64,000 nucleotides of DNA from an uncultured delta proteobacterium (GCA_963737905.1 CAVTUQ010000002.1:480001-544000), one strand, 5' to 3'; positions 28,228 through 39,620 are shown, numbered from the stretch's first letter. Notes: generated by a model not told the origin, from the letters alone. Translations and numbers: made by a program.

Positions 28228-29052
28228 CTATTCGAGCCGAACGTTCTTGGTGAAATCATATTGGTTCGAGTAGTCGCTTTCAAAAGTGGAAGAAATTCTC
28301 TGTTGGTCCCAACCGTCAGCGAAGCATTTTTTCAAAAACGACATCATCAAACTCCAGGCGTCCTTGGCAGGCTCCTTGCGGTAGCGTCCCGGCATGGTGT
28401 CGTTGAGCCAGCCATGCGGCGCGTCCCGGTACAGCCGCACATGATAACTCTTCCTCGCCCATTCCAAGCAACCGCGGAACCGGATCACGTCGTCCACGGA
28501 TATGATATGATCCGCCTCGCCGAAGATTCCCAATACCGGGCAAGATACTCCCGCCACCAGTTTCTCGATAGGGGTGGGCCGGAGCTCATTGCCATCCCAT
28601 TCCTTGCCGCCGATGGCGCCATAAAGTATCACAGCTCCGGCAATGTCATCTCTATTGGCGGCGAGCAGTAAAGATTGCCGTCCGGTCTGGCACACGCCGA
28701 TGATACCGATACGCGCAGCATCGACATGGTTCGACTTCTTCAAGTAATCAACCGCCGCATTCAAATCTTCTAACGCTTCATCGTCGCGCAGATCCACTCT
28801 CACTTGCCCCTTTTGCAGAGCCTTCGGATCTCCGGTGAAGCGGTGAAAAAGATCCGGCGCCAGACCGACGAAGCCGGTTTGAGCGAGCCTCACCGTCAGG
28901 TCCTTGGTATGTTGATCGATGCCGTAGCGCTCGTGAAGAATAATCACCGCCGGCCGTTTGCCTTTGGCCGATGGCAACGAGCGCACTGCATTGATGCCGG
29001 GGCCGAACCGCACAGCAGAGCGTGTGATTCCCGTTGTTTTCTTGGCGGCCAT
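28228..29052 (-). CDS. Dienelactone hydrolase family protein
   Basis: HERYG, GVCQTG nucleophile, GEAD, HGW. Confidence 0.9.
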   Translation of the reverse strand: MAAKKTTGITRSAVRFGPGINAVRSLPSAKGKRPAVIILHERYGIDQHTKDLTVRLAQTGFVGLAPDLFHRFTGDPKALQKGQVRVDLRDDEALEDLNAAVDYLKKSNHVDAARIGIIGVCQTGRQSLLLAANRDDIAGAVILYGAIGGKEWDGNELRPTPIEKLVAGVSCPVLGIFGEADHIISVDDVIRFRGCLEWARKSYHVRLYRDAPHGWLNDTMPGRYRKEPAKDAWSLMMSFLKKCFADGWDQQRISSTFESDYSNQYDFTKNVRLE

Positions 29053-29229
29053 GAATCCTCCGAATGCTTTCGCTGATCGCGCGATATGAATCTGGTTTAG
29101 ACGGCGCCAAGCTTATCCCCGCCTCAGCGAAGTAGTCAAGGCATTGTAACTAACGGGTCACAGCGTCCGCTATTTTTTTAAAACGGAACCGGGTGTTTAA
29201 GTTTTCAGGCCGATGGCTTTTATTGTTGC

Positions 29230-29951
29230 TCAACCCAAACGAAAGGCCGCACAAAGATTTTCCCATGACCCATGTTCAGCCAGAGTACGCAGGGTGATGA
29301 TCGTAGGCGGCATCATGGGGAATTTGCCGGACGGCCGATTCTTCCAACGCGATTTGAGGCGCGAGCCAAAGACTTTCCGATACTTCTTCGGATGAGGTCA
29401 GTGGGGTCTGGTTGTTGGGAAGCGCAGCCAAGTAAAAACGGGTATCAAACCGAACCGGGTACTTTTCGGGCGTAATGCGGTGGAATAGATACGTAAAGCG
29501 CCCCAAATCGCAGAAGAGTTGTTCGGATTCCAACAGAGCGTGGTAGGTCAAGGGTGCCATTCGATAGAGCCTGGCGCTTCTCGCTCAATCTTTCTACGAG
29601 ATCACCCGGCGTGCCGTCGGGCGCGATGCCATTTTCATCAACGAAAAAATGGATTCCGGTTTCTTCAAAAAGTTCTCTAACCGCCGCGACCCAATGGCCC
29701 AGACTCATCTCCGGACCGAGGCCGGCACCGAGGATTTCCTGGGCTTCCGACCGGGTTAGGCCGCGGCAAAGGGACAACATCTTCTCGGAGCAATCCTCAT
29801 TTTCCACTCCACCCCCCGGAAAGACCAAAAAGCCCCCCAGGAATTGCATCTCCGGGCGGCGCCTCGTCATGAGAACTTCGATGCCACCATTGGGACCAGG
29901 CCGAACAAGGACGATCGTCGACGCTTTAATCGGATTGACAACTTCACTCAT
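29230..29951 (-). pseudogene. NUDIX hydrolase (NUDT19-like) with apparent frameshifts near 29550 and 29335
   Basis: VFPGGGVE...AAVRELFEETG, then ITP...RFDTRFY and FPMMPPT in other frames. Confidence 0.78.
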
Positions 29952-30000
29952 GGATGCTCCGCGCCGGGTTCCAACCGCTGCTTATAAAACACCGGCTCTA

Positions 30001-30810
30001 TCACTTACAACACTCCTTCAGGGAATCTCTGCTGACGACGGTTCTCACGGATGGCTGTCCTATATGAATATGGGCCCCGGTGGCGGCTCCCGGCACTGCA
30101 CCCCTGAAGGCGATGAAAGGAATCCCCAACTGTCGTAGGTATGAGAGCAGCGACCGTCCCTCGTTGCTGTCGGGGTGAAGCGCCACGTCCATAGCATTTC
30201 GATGATCGAATCTGAGGCGGTCGTGGGTTGCTGTTTGACCAAAGGCGGTGACCGGCAACCCACGCCCAAAGGTTTGCAAGAAAAACTTCTCGATCTTTGG
30301 CGCATCTGCTAGAGACCATCGGGTGCCACCATTAAAGCGGACCAAAGTCCCGGTCTCGCTATAGCCGCCCGCTGCCAAATCCGGCAGCCGGAGCAGCTCA
30401 TCACGCATGGTTGCTTCTGTGATTGCGATATCAGACTCCGTGAGCCACCGCTTGTCTTCTTCTACCCGGACAATCGCCTCCGCCAGAGCTCGTTCCATCT
30501 GGTTCAGCTCGGAGCGAGAAATCAGCCCTTGGCCGTAGAACTCCTGCCGACGCTGATATTCAATCGTGAGCTTCGTCTTTTCCTCATCGTGAATCGCCAG
30601 CAACTTTTCGGCGCTGGCGCGTGATTCCTTCATCTTCTCGATGACTTCAGCGCGCAACCTGGCAAGTTCGGCGTCCACCGGAGCCGTTCTTCGGGACGCA
30701 GCCGACCGCGTTATCGGTTGTTTTTGTTTCTCTTGGCCATTTCCATTCGGCGTCAAAAACAAAAGAAAACAAACCGTGATAGCGGCCCCGATGTTCTTTA
30801 GATCTATCAT
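30001..30810 (-). CDS. Secreted coiled-coil protein with a C-terminal metallopeptidase-like (H..D..HxH) domain
   Basis: Signal peptide, long heptad region, DHRNAMDV...GAHIHIG. Confidence 0.6.
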   Translation of the reverse strand: MIDLKNIGAAITVCFLLFLTPNGNGQEKQKQPITRSAASRRTAPVDAELARLRAEVIEKMKESRASAEKLLAIHDEEKTKLTIEYQRRQEFYGQGLISRSELNQMERALAEAIVRVEEDKRWLTESDIAITEATMRDELLRLPDLAAGGYSETGTLVRFNGGTRWSLADAPKIEKFFLQTFGRGLPVTAFGQTATHDRLRFDHRNAMDVALHPDSNEGRSLLSYLRQLGIPFIAFRGAVPGAATGAHIHIGQPSVRTVVSRDSLKECCK

Positions 30811-30968
30811 TCAACCTGTCTGCATGGAACACACCGTCGGCGAAAGTCTAAGGGGTAAAGCACAGACGGTCAAGCGCCGCCCGGAAGCAAAAAAAGCGCG
30901 CACGGCTCCGGCTATGACTCTTCCGTCCTTCGGTTGGTTCGACTATGTTGAGCTTATCTTCGAAATCA

Positions 30969-31358
30969 ATGAATGCAGCGCAAAAATCCTATCAGCTGCT
31001 TGCCGATCTGATTGTATTGGTTCACGTCGCTTTCGTTGTATTCGCGGTCTTGGGCGGGCTCTTGGCGGCGAGATGGCGCCGACTTGTCTGGATTCATCCA
31101 CTAGCTGTTTTTTGGGCGACGATCGTCGAATTTTTCGGCTGGGTGTGCCCTTTGACGCCGCTTGAGAATTGGTTCCGGCGAAGAGCAGGAGAAGCTGGTT
31201 ACCCCTCCGACTTTATCGCACACTACATCCTCCCGGTTCTTTACCCGGACGAGCTAACTCGTGAAGCGCAGATCGTGCTGGGAGCCTTCGTTTTGTTGAT
31301 CAATCTAATAATCTACGGCTGGGTTTTCCGAGCCAAAGTAAGAACTGGAGATTTTTGA
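30969..31358 (+). CDS. DUF2784 membrane protein
   Basis: LADLIVLVH, WVCPLTPLENW, FIAHYILPVLYP. Confidence 0.88.
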   Translation: MNAAQKSYQLLADLIVLVHVAFVVFAVLGGLLAARWRRLVWIHPLAVFWATIVEFFGWVCPLTPLENWFRRRAGEAGYPSDFIAHYILPVLYPDELTREAQIVLGAFVLLINLIIYGWVFRAKVRTGDF

Positions 31359-31551
31359 TGTCCGGCATTAGCGTAACACGCGCGGACGGCGCTCCCAGCA
31401 GTCGTCTAGAAAAATTTTCCAAGACGATTTGCCCGCACCAAGCTGAGATTGGGTCATTTGGAATAATACCGATTTGCGCGGCCACTCTTTCGCTCCGGCA
31501 GATTTTCGTGATATTTTGCCGGCAATTCAAAGAGCAGCCAAGGAGGGTGGA

Positions 31552-32559
31552 ATGCTTGCACAAATTATTGGTTCGTCCAAGATCTTACCGTACGCCTTCC
31601 GAGCAACTTATTTGGCCCGCCTCGTTCAACGGACGATCTTCTATCTTGCCTTGTTATCGCTTCTGGCAGCTAAAGACGCTGCGGCGGAGAGGTTTTTTAT
31701 CAGCATTCCCGGACCGACCTTGAGCTACGTTCCCCTCTATTACGCTCAGGAAAAAGGTTTCTTTTCTCAGGAAGGTCTGGATCTGCACGTGCTCGTCGTT
31801 CGAGGCATCATCGGCGTCAGCAGCCTTATGGCCGGCGAGATCGATGTGACCTGCCACGCCGGCAGCGGTTTCTCCGCAGCCCTCAGAGGGATTCCCGTCA
31901 AAATCATTTCGGTTACCCGCGATCGTCCCATCCACGAGCTTATCGTCGGCCCCTCGATCACCTCCCCCGCAGACCTCAAAGGAAAGGCGGTCGCCGTAGG
32001 TTCTTTGGACGGCACCGCTGCGGTCATGACCCGCCGCATCATTCAAGCCAAGGGCCTCGATCCGCAGAAAGATGTCACGCTGTTGAGCATGGATACCTCA
32101 GCCAGACTTCAGTCGCTGATGAGCGGCAAGGTCGCAGGCGCCATGATCACCCCGCCCTCGACGTATTCAGCGATGGATCAGGGTTACAAGGTTTTTGGAC
32201 GCGGCCGCGACTATATGCGCTTCCTGCAAACCGGCGTCGTTGCGACCGACGCCTACATCAAACAAAAGCGCGAATTACTCGTGCGCTTTCTGCGCGCCTG
32301 GAACCGGGCGTTGACATTCTACCAGGACAACCCGGAAGTCATGCTGCCCTATCTTCAAAAGAAACTCGCGGTGAAAGACGCGCAGCTTGCGCGCAAGATG
32401 TATGACGATGATGCGGCTGAAATTTTACCCGGCGGCCGCTTGAGCCCAGACGCAATGAAAGAGATCATCGAGATCGGGAGGGAGGCCTTGAAAATCAAGG
32501 AACCGATATCACCGGATCGAGTTTTCGACTTTTCATTAGCCACGGAAGCCATCAAGTGA
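31552..32559 (+). CDS. ABC substrate-binding protein (NMT1/SsuA-like)
   Basis: AQEKGFFSQEGLD, DLKGKAVAV, GLDPQKDV. Confidence 0.88.
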   Translation: MLAQIIGSSKILPYAFRATYLARLVQRTIFYLALLSLLAAKDAAAERFFISIPGPTLSYVPLYYAQEKGFFSQEGLDLHVLVVRGIIGVSSLMAGEIDVTCHAGSGFSAALRGIPVKIISVTRDRPIHELIVGPSITSPADLKGKAVAVGSLDGTAAVMTRRIIQAKGLDPQKDVTLLSMDTSARLQSLMSGKVAGAMITPPSTYSAMDQGYKVFGRGRDYMRFLQTGVVATDAYIKQKRELLVRFLRAWNRALTFYQDNPEVMLPYLQKKLAVKDAQLARKMYDDDAAEILPGGRLSPDAMKEIIEIGREALKIKEPISPDRVFDFSLATEAIK

Positions 32560-32578
32560 TGGCCCAGCATCCAGCGAC

Positions 32579-35246
32579 TCAAGCGTGCGCTTCGGCCCAA
32601 TTCGTTCCCATATGCACCTCAATAGCTAGGCCGCACTGTAGTTCTACAGCTTGGGTCATCTTTTCTTCGATGAGCCCCCGAGCTTGATCGAGCTTGCCGG
32701 TCGGCACCTCGAACACGAGTTCGTCGTGCACGGTCAGGAGCATCTTGGCCACCGGCTCCGCCTGCAGGGCGGCATCGACACTGATCATCGCCTTCTTGAT
32801 GATGTCGGCGGCGCTTCCTTGAATCGGCGCATTGAGCGCCATGCGTTCGCCCAGCGCCCGCAACCGATAATTGGAGGAGTGGAGCTCCGGCAGGTAGCGG
32901 CGCCGACCGAACATCGTCGTTGTGAAACCGTCGATCTTCGCTTTTTCTACCTGAGAGGCGAGAAACGCTTTCACCTTCGGGAACTGAGCATAGTACGTTT
33001 CGATAAAATTCGCCGCCTCATCCATCTCGACGCCAAGCCGTTGCGAAACTCCAAAAGCAGACATGCCGTAAGCGATCCCGTAGGAGAACTGTTTGACATG
33101 GTTTCGCATCTCGGGTGTGACGTCGGCCAATCCAACGCCATAAACTCCGGCGGCGATGGTCGCATGGAAGTCGTGTCCCTCGGCGAAAGCCCGGAGAAAA
33201 GCCTCATCCTGGGAAAGATGCGCCAGCACTCGGAGTTCGATCTGCGAGTAGTCCGCCGAGAGCAGCACATGATCGGGGAGTGCGATAAACGCGCGCCGGA
33301 TCTGGCGGCCCATCTCACCGCGAATCGGGATGTTTTGCAGGTTAGGCGCCGTCGACGACAAGCGTCCGGTGACGGCGGTCGTCTGCTCATAAGTCGTGTG
33401 GATTCGATTCGTCTTGGGATCGATGAGCTCCAGCAGCATCTCGGTAAAGCCGGTCTTCAGCTTTGAAACCTCCCGATATTCGAGCAGTGATGCAATGATC
33501 GGATGGGCCCCGGTAATCTTCTCCAACTCCGCAGCGTCCGTGGAATAGCCGGTCTTGATTCTCCTGGTTTTTGGCAGGCCCAGTTTCTCAAAGAGAATAG
33601 TCTGGAGCTGGGGCTGGGATTTGACGTTGAAATTCTCGCCCGCAAGCTGCTGAATCGTGCCCTCGAGGGTTACCATCTTCTGCCCAAACTCGCTGTTCAA
33701 TTTATCAAGATAGCCGCGGTCGACGAGAATTCCGTTGTGCTCCATGCGCGCGAGCACCTTGACCAGGGGAAACTCCAAGGTGGTCGCCAACTCCCAAATA
33801 CCTTGGTTGCGGAGCTGTTCCTCGAGAGCGGGGGCGACGGCCCGGACCGCCACGGCTTCCCGGCAAACACGACGTTTGTCATCCGCACCTAAAGCGAGAC
33901 TGGCCTGTTCACCCGCTTCGAGCTCGGGCGGCTCCTCATCAATCGAGATCCTGAGATAACGGCTTACCGTATCTCTTAGCGCGTAGCCCGGTGCGGAGCC
34001 CGGTTCGAGCAAATAGGCAGCGATCTTTGTGTCACAATAAAGCCCCTGAATTTCCGTGACGGCCGCAAGGGCAGAGCGATAAAGCAGCTTGGCATCGTGG
34101 GCGATCTTTTCGTCTCTTGGCGTCCTTAAGAAAGCCATTGAGCCGCTGCATCCCGGAGAAGAACGGCAAAATGCGCGCTTCACCCGGTCCGTCACAAAGG
34201 GCAAGCCAATCCTCACTCCAAGCAAGCGCAACGGTCTCACCTTGATGAAGATCTTCCTCCGAGCGGAGCTCCGAGACCGTTTTGAGCTCGAGGGCGGGCG
34301 GCGCGGTGGCGGCGTGGAGCTTGAGCTCTTTCAACCGCTCGTGCAGAGTGCGGAACTCAAGAGAAGTGAAGAGCTTTCGTACTTCCTCATCATCCCAAGG
34401 CTCGAGGCGAATATCTCCGGGATTGATATCCAGCGGAACATCATCGAGCAAGCGCCCGAGCTCCTTATTGATGCGCACCTGGTTTGCACGCTCTTTGATG
34501 GCTTCGCGGAGTTTCGGGGTAAGCTCGTCGGCGTGGGCGATGACCTGATCGACGTCGCCGTATTTGTTCACCAGCTGAGCGGCGGTCTTGTCGCCGACAC
34601 CAGGGACACCGGGCAAATTATCCGAACTCTCGCCTTTGAGCGCCACGAAGTCCGTCCATTGCTTCGGCGTAACACCGTAGCGCTCCAGCACCGTCGCATT
34701 GTCGTAACGGATAACATCGGAGATGCCCCGGCGCGTCATGATCACAGAAACGCCGTCGCCGACGAGCTGGAGGATATCCCGGTCGCCGGTGACAATGACG
34801 ACCTCGTTCCCTTCTTGTCTGAAGCATTTCGTCAGAGTCGCCAGCAAGTCGTCGGCTTCGTAGCCCTCCAGCTCGGCCATGGGGATCCGTAAGCTCTTGA
34901 GCACCTCGCGGATCAATGGAAGTTGTTGCCTAAAAACGTCAGGTGTTTCAGCTCGGCCGGCCTTGTATTCTGCGTAGCGATCGAGCCGGAACTGCGGCGC
35001 TCCTTTGTCAAAGCAGACAACCACCTTATGCGGACGCTCGTCTGCCAGGAGTTTGATGAGCATAGCGGTAAAGCCATAGACGGCATTCGTGATCTGCCCC
35101 GATGAAGTGACAAGTGTATCGGGCAAGGCGAAAAAGGCACGAAACGCGAGCGAGTGGCCATCAAGCAATACCACTTTGCGTGCTTCGCTTTTGGCGGCTG
35201 CCGCTATGCTACGGCTGGGTTTAGTAACAGGTTTTTTCGTGCTCAC
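32579..35246 (-). CDS. polA: DNA polymerase I (actinobacterial type), 1-bp frameshift near 34108
   Basis: 5'-3' exonuclease LDGHSLAFRAFFALP, EADD, DNLPGVPGVG; polymerase TGRLSS, ADYSQIELR, VHDEL. Frames join at KRR/KIAHDAK in an A-run. Confidence 0.93.
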
Positions 35247-35365
35247 ATCTCTCAGTCTACCCGTTGGCCACGTCTGCGGCAACCCGCCGCGTGGTGACAT
35301 CGCGTTGAATTTCGTCTTCGAAATGAGAGAGCAGAAAAAAAGAGTGGCGTCAGTCGCGAGCGATT

Positions 35366-35402
35366 GGCGGGGGACAGATGAACTTTCAAATTTTGTCCCG
35401 CC
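35366..35402. repeat. GGGGACAG-type hairpin (REP-like or terminator)
   Basis: GGCGGGGGACAGA ... TTTGTCCCGCC. Confidence 0.45.
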
Positions 35403-35405
35403 GTC

Positions 35406-35912
35406 CTAGCGCGGGGAGCGGTGATGGGTAAGCGCGAGACTATCCGTAATGAGCTGAAGCGGTATGTCGCCTGGATACCAAGCCTCCACGAAAGGAATGA
35501 AAAACTCCTTTCCTTTGCCCTCTCGGCTGGCGCGCTTCCAGGAAATCAACAACGGCCATGCACTCTCGTCGATGATTAAAACCACATGCGTTCCCTCGTT
35601 CCGGAGGGTCTTGAGCAACCAATAGCGTATCAGGGCCTCCTTAATATCTGCATCGGTTGGATCGCTCAAGTCGCATAGGCTGACCCAACCACGCTTGTAG
35701 CCGTAGCTCTGCTCGGGTTGCCTCGAAGCGAATGCGCGCTGCGTTTGCTGCTGGCCACTTATCCACCCCCGGCGACAAATTTCTTCAAAAGTTTGCTCCT
35801 CTGCCACATGAAACACCCGCCCGCGGAGAATCGGAAGCATGATTTGTTCTATTTCGGAATGCTCGCAGTCGATTTTTTTTGGTATTACGTTCTCGTTCAA
35901 GGCCGGACCCAA
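35406..35912 (-). CDS. Hypothetical protein
   Basis: 168-aa ORF of plausible composition; no family recognised. Confidence 0.55.
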   Translation of the reverse strand: MGPALNENVIPKKIDCEHSEIEQIMLPILRGRVFHVAEEQTFEEICRRGWISGQQQTQRAFASRQPEQSYGYKRGWVSLCDLSDPTDADIKEALIRYWLLKTLRNEGTHVVLIIDESAWPLLISWKRASREGKGKEFFIPFVEAWYPGDIPLQLITDSLALTHHRSPR

Positions 35913-36314
35913 ACCTTATCGAAAGTTCCGCCGAAACTTCCGCAAAGTGCATGCCATCGCGAAAATGGCTGAATTGTCTGGCTTTCTGGTCAAGTAACAT
36001 GACAAAAATTCTCATCCGCAGTAAAAAATAACTTACGGGTCGCAGGGTAAGTCCTCCACTGACGTTCCGAGGAAATATTTTCTTCGACACACATGTATCG
36101 TTTGAGACGATTTCGTTTTCGATTTCCGGGCGAAAGGTTTCATTTTTCTGCGACAATCACAGGGATTCCCTGAGAGGGTTTCAGGAGTTCGCGCGTGGCC
36201 GACTAAGGTCAAAACCTCGCAAAAGTGATCCGAACTGATGCAGCCAGTCGCTTCCGCCCTGTAGGTTTGCGCAGCAATAAGCCTCTCCGTCTTGATTAGC
36301 GCCTTGTGGCGAAT

Positions 36315-37020
36315 CTATACCGATGCGAGCAGTGCGCGCTGGATCAACGCCTTAGCCATACCGACTTTGTAGACGTTATCTTTTAGTGGTTTGGCATCTT
36401 CGAGAGTAATCTCGCTGGCCTTTTGAGTAGTCTCCTCGTCGATCTTCTTGCCACGCAAGAACTGTTCGGCTCTCGGCGCGCGCCACGGAATGGGTGCCAC
36501 GCCGCCGAGAACCACACGTGCCTCCCTCGCGACTCCGCCGCTGCTCTGCACAACAGTAGCAACGCTCACGATGGCGTGATCCCAGGCCAACCGCTCACGC
36601 ACTTTATGGTAATAGCCCTTGCTCCCGGACTTGGGATAAGGAATAAACACTTCGGTTACGATTTCGCCGGGCTTCAGGATATTTTCACGTTTGAAGTCCA
36701 CTGAAGGCAGAACGAAAAACTTCTCCAAGGAGATGCTCCTCTCACCCACCGGACCAGCGATCTTAATTTGCGCATCTAGTGCGACGAGCGCCGGCGCGGT
36801 GTCCGACGGATGAACGATGTAGCTCGGCCCGCCGCCCAAGATGGCGTGAAAGCGGTTATCACCGGTGACTGTGTAGCAGATCTGTCCGCCTTTACGCAGA
36901 CAGTTAAAATTCGAGGAGCGGAAATACCAGCAGAAGGGCCGCTGGCAAATGTTGCCGGCGATAGTGCCGGCGTTGCGGATTTGTGGCGAAGCCGCTTCTC
37001 CGGCGGCGTCCGATAGGATG
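36315..37020 (-). pseudogene. 5'-truncated FAD subunit of a PaoB/YagS-type aldehyde oxidoreductase
   Basis: Frame open from 37019: ASPQIRNAGTIAGNICQRPFCWYFR...CLRKGGQIC...HPSD; N-terminus absent. Confidence 0.82.
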
Positions 37021-37753
37021 AGCAGCCTCTCAAGACCTCATTTGCCAAACAGCTTCTGGATCAAATAGCAAGGCACAACGCTCTGCCAGAAGTTTTTTCC
37101 AGTTTCGCCGAGAGCAAGAAGGAACTGAGAATCAGGACACTGGCTCGTTTGAGCGGAATGGAGAACAGAGAGATATGACGCGGCAGCGCGTATCTCCTCC
37201 ACTGGTAGGTATGCCGAAAGCCCAACACACGGACCTCGAGCGTCTGCCGCCCGGTTGGGACAAGGTCAAGAAATCAGCAGAAGAAGCGAAGACTTGGTTG
37301 GATTTGATTTATCTCATTGAGTGCGGCCGGAACAGCGATCTGCGACGGATCGAAGATCAGATTCGGGAGGTCGAAAGCATCAACGGCACGGATCGCGCGA
37401 TGGTTGTTATCGACGATTGCCAGCGCCTGGGAAACAGTGAACAGAGACTTACCGATCGCGTCGCGATCCTTGCCGACGAGCTGCAAAAAGCTGCTCTGAA
37501 TTTCGAGATTCCGATTCTGGCCGTTTTCCCCGATTTACGAGAGGATCGCAGCAGTTCGCCTCAGATCTGGAGCGACAGAGCGCCAAGCGCCGACGTGATC
37601 TTAGTCATGGAGATCGATTTAGAACGGACCAAAAAACTCACCGAACCCAATCAAGCGCTTGCACTACACGTTGTAAAGAACCGTGGTGGGGAAAAATGCA
37701 AACTGGCCTTCGAATTCGTCCCGGCTTTTTCAAAGTTTGCCGAGATTGCCTAG
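37021..37753 (+). pseudogene. DnaB-like helicase C-terminal domain, truncated and degraded
   Basis: KTSFAKQLLDQIA, RTLARLSG, VVIDDCQRL, LHVVKNRGG; internal stops near 37175-37210. Confidence 0.7.
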
Positions 37754-37775
37754 CCATCGCGTGACGTTCGTCCGG

Positions 37776-37900
37776 TTATTTGCTCCGCCATTCCCATGCA
37801 TAGGATGTGAGCCGGGGTTCACGGCCCTCCACGACCAACGCCGCCACATAGTCCCCATCGACAGAAAGCTGACAAGACTCCTGTGGCACTTGTCGCTCAC
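37776..37900 (-). pseudogene. 3' remnant of a second 4'-phosphopantetheinyl transferase
   Basis: Translates SLVSF/VDGDYVAALVVEGREPRLTSYAWEWRSK*, similar to the C-terminus of 42250-42979. Confidence 0.55.
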
Positions 37901-37913
37901 GGGATATCTATCT

Positions 37914-38354
37914 TCAGTTCGACGATTTTTTTTTGCTATCCAAGGTAACTGACTCAAAGAGACTGAAAAAACCATGATGGCCCAATAATCCCATACCGAA
38001 CTGGTCCATTTCATCCATAAATCCTGCGAAGCAATCAAAGTGGTACCAGTTACCCTGAATACTTATCCACACTTTGATCGAGTGGTAATAAGTTGTCCCT
38101 GATCCAGCAACTCCCATCGTTCATTCGGACAAGCCAGTTTTAATATCGATACCAATTCGCTTACCCACCAGCGATGGAAAGACGCAGCTATCCGCACCAG
38201 AGTCAATGATAGAGAAGAAGGAAAGCGGGAATATCGCACCCTGATATTCTATGCGTGTCTCAAGCGCTGGCCGGTCAACAAAATTTCTGGCCGAAAATGC
38301 GGGAGTTAGAACTGCGGGAAAGCGAATGTATGGTAAAGAGAAAGAATGAATCAC
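37914..38354 (-). pseudogene. Retropepsin-like aspartyl protease with in-frame TGA at 38121-38123
   Basis: IIDSGAD catalytic motif and, in the same frame after the stop, GLLGHHGFF. Confidence 0.72.
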
Positions 38355-38560
38355 AGAAGATGCGCGGTATTTTCATCTGGAACGCGCACCAAGATGGGAT
38401 GATTTCCAAATTTCTCGGATGCTCGGATTGCGTCCTCCATCGTGTCCGCCGAGTAAAGAACGTGGGATTTGTCTTCAGACAAGATTACCCACTTACCTTT
38501 ATAAGGCTTTAGGAGCGTCGACAGGTCAATGACATTTGCGGATTCAGCTTCTCGAGTCAT
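38351..38560 (-). CDS. DUF5678-like small protein
   Basis: KPYKGKWVIL...ADTMEDAI; overlaps the protease start. Confidence 0.65.
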   Translation of the reverse strand: MTREAESANVIDLSTLLKPYKGKWVILSEDKSHVLYSADTMEDAIRASEKFGNHPILVRVPDENTAHLL

Positions 38561-38595
38561 CGCGGTTCCCCCTTTTATTGCTGCTAGGACCCGAT

Positions 38596-38878
38596 TCAAA
38601 GGCGCTCTGTATATTCATCGCGGATACAGGGGTTCATATACTTCTCGTCTGTAATGTCAAGCAGAACAAAAGAGCAGCAATTGGTGTACCGCTCGGGTGA
38701 TTTCCGTAAGTTGCTGAACTTGTTTGATTGCCGGAGTTGCTCGAGTGGGCCTTCCGCAAGCAGGGCAAAATTGCGTGGATTCTTTGCCAGAATCTCGTTG
38801 CGGTAGGATTCAAGGATTCGTTGCATCCGTCCCATTTGCTCGATGGCTTGGTAAACTTGTATCGGATGTTTCAATCAT
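38596..38878 (-). pseudogene. Degraded small hypothetical gene
   Basis: MIETSD start out of frame with QVYQAIEQMGRMQRILES. Confidence 0.4.
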
Positions 38879-39046
38879 AATCCTATCCCTCAAGATGCCT
38901 TTCTTCACGCTGGGCCGCTGCTTGACCTGCTGAAAGAACGCAACGGCGAGTTCAAGGTTCTCGCTGCCATTTTTCACCACTACTATATCAAACCCAAACC
39001 TTAGTGGATTTGAGTTGCTTGGGATCAAACCTTTCGGTTAGGCCGG

Positions 39047-39399
39047 TTACGCAAACACTTCCATTTTCTCCAAGGTAATCGAAATAAGTCTACATCCGGA
39101 TACAAGAGCCTGCTCGATGTCATTCCACTCAGAGGCCAACACACTGAAAAGCCGAGTATTGCTACAGTTGCCCCGGCGACGTGAACGACCTGCGGCGGAG
39201 CACCGTACAGCAACGCTCGATCGTAGAAGTCCGTGTCTTTACTGAAGATAACGAGACTCTCTACTCTGCCTCGCTCCCAAATCTGCGTGTCGGTGGCCGT
39301 CAACAGATTTCGATCAAAAAGATGTTCGGCTTCGTGACGCTGCGATCTCAACCAAACACACAGGCGTGGCGGAAGATTCGCGTCGACAAGAAACTTCAC
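39047..39399 (-). pseudogene. DUF5615 PIN-like toxin, frameshift near 39172
   Basis: MKFLVDANLP, TDTQIW, SKDTDF, PPQVV motifs. Confidence 0.8.
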
Positions 39400-39620
39400 T
39401 TGGTCAGCGGGATTTCGCGATGGGCCACGTGACGCGCCGCATATTCGAGACACGCATCAATGTCGGCTTTTTCAAGGTAGGGAAAGTCTTGCAGCATTTG
39501 CTCCGGCGTCATCCCGCCGGCAAGCATTTCAAGCACATGGCTCACCGTAATTCGCATGCCGCGAATTGTCGGCTCACCACCGCACACATCCGGTTTGATT
39601 GTGATACGATCAATAGGCAT
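39396..39620 (-). CDS. DUF433 antitoxin
   Basis: RITIKPDVCGGEPTIRGMRITV...DIDACLEYA. Confidence 0.92.
   Translation of the reverse strand: MPIDRITIKPDVCGGEPTIRGMRITVSHVLEMLAGGMTPEQMLQDFPYLEKADIDACLEYAARHVAHREIPLTK

Noticed and set aside
38121-38123. In-frame TGA as selenocysteine
   Set aside because: Not at a plausible Cys or catalytic position and no SECIS-like hairpin recognised; nonsense mutation or sequencing error is more likely.
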